From a virus (taxonomy: Duplodnaviria; Caudoviricetes), in IMG/VR virus record IMGVR_UViG_3300045557_000070, positions 1-41,445 of that record: a DNA stretch of 41,445 bases; one strand, written 5' to 3'. Positions within the stretch are counted from its first letter, which is position 1. Every line of letters begins with the position of its first letter. Below are positions 25,563 through 32,142 of this stretch, one piece after another. The notes under the pieces were generated by a model. It saw only the letters and a list, made by a program, of their open reading frames with translations. It was not told the DNA's origin and made no database searches. Made by a program: the position numbers and the translations under genes.

Positions 25563-27224
25563 TTAGTCTCGCCATTCTCTTGAATTAATATCATGAAATT
25601 CTGCAACTTTATAGAACATAGTTCTTAGATCGTTATAAAATTTATTTACCTCACTTTCATTAACTGGATAATTAATCCAATGTTTTAAAACAAGAGTGAA
25701 GAATTTTTTATGTCTATTAAATAACTTTTTATTTAATTCTCGCCTTACACCTTTTGTACTTTCATTTGCATTATGCAGTTGCTCAATTCTTACATCAATA
25801 TCTAAAATATCTCTTCGTATATTGCTTCTATAATAAACCTTTACATAACCTAAATCTTCTATTGTTTTACTCTGCCAAAAATCATCGATATCATTATTAA
25901 ATAGGTATTCTGCATGTTCGTAAATAATACTTTCAGGTGATTTTTTTCCGGGTAACACAATTATTTGTTGTTCATAATCTTGCTTTGAAAATTGATCACC
26001 ATCTAATATACATATAGATCTCATTGTAGACCTTAACAAATAACTATCACTGAAAATATTAAATAAATTTTCAGAAGAAATACTGGCATTTACCATATGA
26101 AAAAAATTTTTAACTTTATAAAAACTCTCATACTTTTTCTCAAAAAATTCAATTAAGCATACCAAAAATAACCTTGCTTCTTCATCTTCAGTAAATATAG
26201 GAATAGATTTACTTAAATAAATATCATCTTTTGTTATAGAATTAAGATACATTTTTATTTTGTATATATCAACATCAGACATTTTTCTTACAGAACTAAT
26301 ATTATCTAATAAATAAATAACATTATGCTTTTTTTTGAGTGCTACTTCTAATAGAGATAGGCTATGAGTTGTAAAAATAAACTGTATCTTATACTTTTTT
26401 GAATAATCATCAAATAATGATAATAACTTATTTTGAAATGCAGGATGTAATGTTGCATCAAATTCGTCTATTAAAAGCAAACTTTCCACACAATTTAAAG
26501 AGTTAATACAATCATAATAGTATCTTAAAGAGACTAATGCCGTAATTATTATAAAAAGATTATCCTCCCCAGCCGAAATTGTATTTGAGTCTATTCCTGC
26601 AAAATCCGTTACAAACTCAGCTCTGTTCTTTATATCTCCCATTTTTTGTTGTTCTTTATATTCTATGCTTGTACCAGTGAAATCTTTATAAAGATTTGAT
26701 ATTTCATCAAGATATTCTACGGGTAATTTTTTGTTTATAGACTGTATACTATCATCATCTCTATATTCGCCAAAAGGATATAACCTTGATAACCCTAAAT
26801 AAATAACGGGTATTTTGGGCAAAGAATCTCCCGCACCACGCTTATAGAACGGTTTTACAGCAAACCTATTTTCTTCTTCGCTATTATGTCTTCTAAACTC
26901 CAACGTTTGATCATTCATATATGTACAGGTAAAAAGAGTTCCCTTTATACCAACTGCAGGATCGTTATATTCATGATCACCCCTCGTAAGCATTTCAATT
27001 TTGGGATTTACTGTAGCATTAATACCCTTAATTATGTCTAAACATTTATCATCCTTTAACCATACACATTTCCTGGTTACAGCTTGAAAGGCGTTGCTTG
27101 CAATATAAAGCAAAGAAGTTTTACATGTCCCATTTGTTCCGGAAATTATATTTATTCCTTTTTCTAAATCTACTATCAAACCTTTAATCTTCCTATACTG
27201 CACAATATTTAATGTTTTTAGCAT
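25563..27224 (-). CDS. ABC/AAA_21-type ATPase with putative C-terminal TOPRIM nuclease domain (OLD-like)
   Basis: Walker A GTNGTCKT, signature SAGE, Walker B LLLIDE, D-loop DATLHP, H-loop TTHS; C-terminal IFTED, ILDGD and LPG..SPE. Confidence 0.8.
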   Translation of the reverse strand: MLKTLNIVQYRKIKGLIVDLEKGINIISGTNGTCKTSLLYIASNAFQAVTRKCVWLKDDKCLDIIKGINATVNPKIEMLTRGDHEYNDPAVGIKGTLFTCTYMNDQTLEFRRHNSEEENRFAVKPFYKRGAGDSLPKIPVIYLGLSRLYPFGEYRDDDSIQSINKKLPVEYLDEISNLYKDFTGTSIEYKEQQKMGDIKNRAEFVTDFAGIDSNTISAGEDNLFIIITALVSLRYYYDCINSLNCVESLLLIDEFDATLHPAFQNKLLSLFDDYSKKYKIQFIFTTHSLSLLEVALKKKHNVIYLLDNISSVRKMSDVDIYKIKMYLNSITKDDIYLSKSIPIFTEDEEARLFLVCLIEFFEKKYESFYKVKNFFHMVNASISSENLFNIFSDSYLLRSTMRSICILDGDQFSKQDYEQQIIVLPGKKSPESIIYEHAEYLFNNDIDDFWQSKTIEDLGYVKVYYRSNIRRDILDIDVRIEQLHNANESTKGVRRELNKKLFNRHKKFFTLVLKHWINYPVNESEVNKFYNDLRTMFYKVAEFHDINSREWRD

Positions 27225-27254
27225 TTATTCCACCCCATATCAAACTTATAATGT

Positions 27255-27281
27255 ATTATATTATACACTCTATTTCGACAA
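27255..27281 (-). promoter_or_regulatory. Candidate promoter of the ATPase-MTase operon with a Spo0A-box-like TGTCGAA
   Basis: Tandem TATAATATAAT -10 boxes; TTGTCGAA at 27274-27281. Confidence 0.5.
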
Positions 27282-27444
27282 AAAGGAACTATAACTACAT
27301 TATTAAGTGCAGATAATAAATCATTTTACCACATATCCGACTAACAAAACTATTAATGTTACCATACCCTCTCAAATGATGATAGCAAAATTTCTATCGT
27401 GATTTAAACAGGGATTCCTCTCGGAAGCCCAATTTCTTGTTTAC

Positions 27445-27480
27445 ACTATATCACAGGTTGACTGTGCCAAACTATGCCAA
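27445..27480 (-). promoter_or_regulatory. Late-promoter-like site of the truncated activator
   Basis: TTGGCA direct repeats with 10 bp period at the gene end, then extended -10 TGATATAGT. Confidence 0.55.
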
Positions 27481-27711
27481 CTTTATCTTTTTCAAAGCCC
27501 GGCCATGAATCCTATGAACAGTCCTCCAGGAATATCCATTGTCTTCTGCTACCTGTTCCCATGTTTTACCGTTTAGATACTTTTCGGTCATGATCGTGCA
27601 CTCGTCATCATCGTCCAGGGAATTTATTGCCTCTGTGATCTTAGACTGCTTATCCATCAGCTTATGCCTTTTATCATCGATCCTTTCTTCCAGGTTCGCC
27701 ATCTGCTCCAT
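27472..27711 (-). pseudogene. 5'-truncated ArpU/RinA-like late transcriptional activator
   Basis: Only the C-terminal sigma-70 region 4-like HTH (KYL.G.TWEQVA...GYSWR.V.RIHG.AL); in-frame stop a few codons upstream and no RBS. Confidence 0.65.
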
Positions 27712-27835
27712 GTACCCGGAAAATGTCTTGGGAGAGTATAAACCGGGCTAATCAGCCGCCAAGCTGTTACACCTGGCAGCCGTCAAAGTTAAACCGTTAC
27801 TGTAGTGTCTTGCTAGATGCACTATCAGTAATGCT

Positions 27836-28426
27836 TTATTCGTATTTAATACAATAAAGAACTGCTGTGTTGGTTGGGCGAGACGTATATGTACCTACAC
27901 CTCCAGTATCATTTCCTATAGCACTTTGACCATAGTTTCTCCAGTTGACTCCCAAACGATAACTATCTACTTCGGTCTGTGTTTCTGTAGTATTCGAATC
28001 AACTGACCTACTTTGAAGTAAACGGGTGGAGCCTCCGTATGCCATTAGGCCTAAATGATTTGTTGCTTTCTGATGTATACCTATATCACCTGAAAGTTTT
28101 TCTGTTTTATCTCCATGATATCCTCTTAAAAATTCGTTTCTTAAATCGGGTATGGCAAAGGTTGTAGTTCCGTCACCTCCAAAAAAATTATAAGAACCAA
28201 ATTGATCTCTAATGAATTGTGAAAAATCTTTGTAATCAGCAATATTATAAATAGTTCCATCGCATATGAAGTAATGCTCGGGAGCACTTGTTCCCATATA
28301 CGAAATTACAGTTCCAACTGGTGTACTATCATTGCCATTACCATTGCTATTACTATTACCATTGCTATTACCATTACTACAACACCCACAGTTAATTGTA
28401 ATACAACTCTTTTTATCTTCGCACAT
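27836..28426 (-). CDS. Phage tail collar domain protein with Cys-rich/Asn-Gly leader
   Basis: PVGTVI.Y.G..AP..Y..CDG, GGDG.TTF.IPDLR.EFLRG and C-terminal RP.N.AVLYCIKY; GAGG RBS. Confidence 0.85.
   Translation of the reverse strand: MCEDKKSCITINCGCCSNGNSNGNSNSNGNGNDSTPVGTVISYMGTSAPEHYFICDGTIYNIADYKDFSQFIRDQFGSYNFFGGDGTTTFAIPDLRNEFLRGYHGDKTEKLSGDIGIHQKATNHLGLMAYGGSTRLLQSRSVDSNTTETQTEVDSYRLGVNWRNYGQSAIGNDTGGVGTYTSRPTNTAVLYCIKYE
28331..28379 (+). repeat. Hexamer microsatellite (ATTRCY)n coding an NG/NS linker
   Basis: attgcc attacc attgct attact attacc attgct attacc attact. Confidence 0.8.
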
Positions 28427-28536
28427 ATAATTTACCTCGCTTATGTTTTTTTAATAGCCTTCTTGTCAGAATCCATACAAATACCAATTTCAGAAGATTG
28501 CAGCTATCATGCTTACAGCCGACAGCCGCAGGGGTA

Positions 28537-28959
28537 TTATTTCTTTGTGTATTCGATAACTACGTTGGCCGCACATCCTGAATATTTTCCGCTGTTGTTT
28601 AAGAAATGGTAAAGTATGTTGCCAGTTTCACTATGATAATACATATTTATTGCAGCAGTTAATCCAGTTGTTAAGTTATGGGATGTTGGTAACGTGAATT
28701 GAACTATATCATTATTTTCCTTCCCGTTTCCGTAAATATTGATCAGTCGATCGACTTTAAGTTCTGAAACATTAGCAAAGACAAGTGCATTACCGCTATC
28801 CTTAGCAAGTGTCCCAGAAATCACCTTACGATAAATCGGCTTACCATCAATCCATTTACCACATACAGTCTCTTCTGTAGAATATACGTTTTCTGAACCA
28901 CCGTTACCACAACAACCATCACCACAACTTACCATCTGTAAACAATATCTATCAGACAT
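28537..28959 (-). CDS. Tail-fibre-like domain protein with Cys-rich leader
   Basis: GGAGG RBS before MSDRYC; YSTEET.CGKWIDGKPIYRKV and C-terminal V.IEYTK fibre-tip motifs. Confidence 0.75.
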   Translation of the reverse strand: MSDRYCLQMVSCGDGCCGNGGSENVYSTEETVCGKWIDGKPIYRKVISGTLAKDSGNALVFANVSELKVDRLINIYGNGKENNDIVQFTLPTSHNLTTGLTAAINMYYHSETGNILYHFLNNSGKYSGCAANVVIEYTKK

Positions 28960-28997
28960 TTTTTTCCTCCTCTGTTTTTTCAATTTTCCTAGTTTAA

Positions 28998-29030
28998 ATA
29001 ATACTATAGAAAAAGCGAGAATACCGAGAA
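28998..29030 (-). promoter_or_regulatory. Candidate late promoter with activator-binding repeats
   Basis: TTCTCG direct repeats (9 bp period) just after the activator stop codon, then TATTAT. Confidence 0.5.
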
Positions 29031-29032
29031 AG

Positions 29033-29524
29033 TCAATTTTTCCCCAAATAATAATCATGTTTCAACCGGCAGTTATCATCCGTGTAACATCTCATCTTTC
29101 CCTTAAAAATTTGCTCCTTGTACAAGTCATTCATTCTATGGGCCACCTGCACCCAATTCATATTCTCCATGTAGTACAAAGTCATAATGTTTCTAATCTC
29201 CACCTTATCGATACCAGCTATGTACTCCTCCACCTCTCCGATCAGCTCTAGAAGCTCCTGCTCCTCGTCCATCAAGACGGCGTAACACCTTTCATAGGCC
29301 CTGGAAGCTCTCTGGGATTCAGGAAACGGATACCCGATGATCACAGCTGTTCCCAGAGGCTTCTTTCCTCTCTTCCCCATGGTCACTGTATCCGCTACCA
29401 CATACCCCCGCTCCCTAAGCCTGTCCAAGTGTTCCTGCTTTTTCCGCAGCTGCTCCCGTAGAAGCTTCACCCGAGCAAGTGCATCGGAGTACTCAATCAA
29501 AATTTCTTTATCTATATCTAACAC
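29033..29524 (-). CDS. ArpU/RinA-like late transcriptional activator (start uncertain)
   Basis: IR.IM.LYY.E.MNW.QVA.RMN HTH; last gene of the early region. Confidence 0.75.
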   Translation of the reverse strand: MLDIDKEILIEYSDALARVKLLREQLRKKQEHLDRLRERGYVVADTVTMGKRGKKPLGTAVIIGYPFPESQRASRAYERCYAVLMDEEQELLELIGEVEEYIAGIDKVEIRNIMTLYYMENMNWVQVAHRMNDLYKEQIFKGKMRCYTDDNCRLKHDYYLGKN

Positions 29525-29534
29525 CTCCCTGTTG

Positions 29535-29693
29535 TTAATGTTTGCTCTGGATCTTCGGCTGGTGCCATGTCCCAACGGCGAACAACCACCCTGCCCGCTC
29601 ACAAGTACACCTTTTCTGATCTGTGTCAGAAGGATATAATTTTCCACAACACAGGCATTTCTTGTTATTTGATATGGCTCTTGTCTTTTCCAT
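29535..29693 (-). CDS. Small Zn-finger-like hypothetical protein
   Basis: CLCCG...RCTC; GGAG RBS before MEKTR. Confidence 0.5.
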   Translation of the reverse strand: MEKTRAISNNKKCLCCGKLYPSDTDQKRCTCERAGWLFAVGTWHQPKIQSKH

Positions 29694-29862
29694 CCTTCTC
29701 CACCTCCACTGACACAATCCTTAACCTCTCCTGAGGCACATCTATGTAATCGCCGTTGTCCAACAAGATCCCGATCAGGCCATCATTGCTACCAATCATA
29801 CTCCCAAACTTCCTACTGGGATAAACCTGAACAACAATCTTATTATTATCATCTAGTATCAC
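29665..29862 (-). CDS. Hypothetical protein
   Basis: 65 aa ORF overlapping its neighbours in the operon. Confidence 0.5.
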   Translation of the reverse strand: MILDDNNKIVVQVYPSRKFGSMIGSNDGLIGILLDNGDYIDVPQERLRIVSVEVEKDGKDKSHIK

Positions 29863-30055
29863 ACTCTACCTTCTTTCTTTTCGCCGGCGGTTTCCGTAGC
29901 CCCCGATCTGAACATAAGCTTGTATATGTAAATGCCGGCATCGTTGCAGAGAAGGTCATGACAGGCGGTGCCTTTACTGCTATAGCTGCCTCTACCGTGG
30001 TGATTCTCTGCGCTTGCACATATTGATTCCGGCGCTCTTTTGGTGATTTTCTCAA
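29849..30055 (-). CDS. Hypothetical protein
   Basis: AAGGAGG RBS, TTG start. Confidence 0.6.
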   Translation of the reverse strand: MRKSPKERRNQYVQAQRITTVEAAIAVKAPPVMTFSATMPAFTYTSLCSDRGLRKPPAKRKKVECDTR

Positions 30056-30083
30056 TCTGTACCCTCCTTATGAAAATCTTCGT

Positions 30084-31379
30084 TTAGCTGATCATTGATT
30101 CAGGCACTAATCCCGGATAATCAGAAATGTTCATCTGCCCTGGTATTTGCTCCTTATTCTTCGGAACTTCGTTCCATTTATTTTCCCATTCTACGCCTAT
30201 GTAATCCAATACCCTACCCCAACCAAATCTTTCTCCGGTATCTTTGTTAACACAGCATTTGTACATCCAGAATTCCCACTCCTTTTCGTTCCGATCTCGC
30301 AGTTTATCAAACCTGTGAGGACGCTTCTCCATATGGATTCCAAAACCGCACATACTGCACCCGGTACGTTGTGCATCTGTGGTATAAAGCATCCCGTTAT
30401 CGTCCCGATCTATTGTTCCATAAATTTTAGGGATAATAGTATCCAATGGTTCATATTCTTTCGGGCTTCCGCCTTTATTTTTCCCATACGGCTGTTCATG
30501 AAATGCTTCCGCAAACATATCTTTGTGTTCTTTGTACCATTTATCCATTTTGAACGCTAACATGAGAATATCGTTTCGCATGAAAGGGGCAAACGGTGCG
30601 CTACGAATTACGGTCTTTCCAAAGTAGTTACACCCATGATCTATAAGGGCTTCTTCTCTCTGCCCTCCTTCGCTTGCCATAAGTCCGAGGAAAGGACGGC
30701 TGTTATGCTCTTTGGCCCATTTGTCGCAAGGTTGTTCCTTCATGAACAGGCAACACTTGTTTGACACAAGGAAGTCCGGCATCTGGTAATTTACACTTTC
30801 ATTCTCATTTTCATATCCACCGAACTTGTTAAGCCATTTCTGTGGCAGCTTCATACGGCTGTTCTTTGCATAATGCCCTTGTGCTCCGCATTCACCTGTA
30901 ATGATTGCATGGCGGACTGTTTTATTCTTCTCCGTAGGGTGCTGCAGTGTATCAATGCGTCCAGCTATCTTTTTTGAGATGACCGGAAATCCTACTTCAT
31001 TCAAGACAGCAACCTTACTCTTTCCAGGTGCTATGCTTATGATTCCCAGGGCTTTATGTACCCGTTGAATGCTCCTATCCTCCAAAGATGATACTGACAC
31101 GGCAGGTACATCAATTCCAATGCTCTTAAGCCATAGATACAAAACTATACTGTCAAGACCACCAACGCTCACATGGGCGTTCAGTCCCCGCTTATCTAAC
31201 TCAGCAATAAATTCATAGGCTCTCTGTTCCGCCCTCTTGATCTTCACCTCATAGGGTAGATTCTGCATTGCTGTAAACTGTGCCTTCTTTTTCTTCTTTT
31301 CTGCCTTCCACTCTTCTGTGGTCAATTCTTTATTTTCCATTTTTTGAAAGGAGCCAGGATATCCTGTCACGGTGGCCAC
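30084..31379 (-). CDS. PAPS reductase-like (PP-loop, Fe-S) phage protein
   Basis: SVGGLDS PP-loop variant, SNKCC..MKE.P, RTGCSMCGFG. Confidence 0.8.
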   Translation of the reverse strand: MATVTGYPGSFQKMENKELTTEEWKAEKKKKKAQFTAMQNLPYEVKIKRAEQRAYEFIAELDKRGLNAHVSVGGLDSIVLYLWLKSIGIDVPAVSVSSLEDRSIQRVHKALGIISIAPGKSKVAVLNEVGFPVISKKIAGRIDTLQHPTEKNKTVRHAIITGECGAQGHYAKNSRMKLPQKWLNKFGGYENENESVNYQMPDFLVSNKCCLFMKEQPCDKWAKEHNSRPFLGLMASEGGQREEALIDHGCNYFGKTVIRSAPFAPFMRNDILMLAFKMDKWYKEHKDMFAEAFHEQPYGKNKGGSPKEYEPLDTIIPKIYGTIDRDDNGMLYTTDAQRTGCSMCGFGIHMEKRPHRFDKLRDRNEKEWEFWMYKCCVNKDTGERFGWGRVLDYIGVEWENKWNEVPKNKEQIPGQMNISDYPGLVPESMIS

Positions 31380-31485
31380 CGCTCCAGCCTCCTTTCATAT
31401 TTAATTAATTGTTACTATTTTCTTTTTCTGGCATACACTCAAAGTGTATGTGCAACTCACTCCGTCTCCTGATTTCTCACATCTT

Positions 31486-31857
31486 TTAACTGGTATTTTC
31501 CTCAAACCCTTTCACAATCCGATAAACGATTCCTCGCAGCTGCCCTGCATATTCAAGGACCAGATCCGCATCCTGTTGGCGGAACACTGCATAGCTCACC
31601 TTTTCCAAAATTCCGGATTCCCTGATCGCTGAATTGATCTCCGTGTATTTCTCCTTTGCTTGGATCCGTTCAATCTGCAAATTACTAAGCACTATGTCTT
31701 GAAGGATTTCTTTTGTCATGGACCTAAGTTTTTCCTTTAGCTGATTGTATGATTTCTGGTACTTCGTTGTAAGAAGCTCCAGGGGTACATTTTCTCTATT
31801 CCTCTTAAGACGATCCAGCAGGAACCGGTATTCATTCATATATGTTTCTTCTATCAT
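31486..31857 (-). CDS. Hypothetical protein
   Basis: GGAGG RBS before MIEETY; helical 123 aa ORF. Confidence 0.6.
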   Translation of the reverse strand: MIEETYMNEYRFLLDRLKRNRENVPLELLTTKYQKSYNQLKEKLRSMTKEILQDIVLSNLQIERIQAKEKYTEINSAIRESGILEKVSYAVFRQQDADLVLEYAGQLRGIVYRIVKGFEENTS

Positions 31858-31860
31858 AGA

Positions 31861-32142
31861 GTAACCTCCGTAACACAGCAGTAACCTTTTGCTTGTTACC
31901 ACTCAAATCCGCATAAAATAAAGGTTTTATGGGTGAAGTAACACAGTAACACAGATTTTTATAGTTCCATACGCGCGAGACTTTTTATTAAAAACATTGT
32001 TAAATTCATCACACATATTTTTATTTTATTTCTCATATATAGGTAGTGTTATTTGTTTGTTACTGTGTTACCATGCCGTAAAAATGCCCTCAAGCCCTGA
32101 TAAATACTAGCTTTTTGCGGTGACACACGATATGTTACTTTA
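31861..32142. other. Putative replication origin
   Basis: Clustered GTAAC/GTTAC iterons; 14-bp perfect inverted repeat (31938-31951 / 32058-32071) around an AT-rich spacer, directly after the helicase gene. Confidence 0.7.

Noticed and set aside
24699-27224. Calling the pair Gabija, PARIS, Septu or classical type II RM
   Set aside because: No UvrD helicase, separate AriB, HNH or recognisable REase; the partner is a methyltransferase
27740-27830. Possible c-di-GMP riboswitch
   Set aside because: Lacks the GEMM GNRA tetraloop/receptor and GCAAA elements; only a single hairpin is evident
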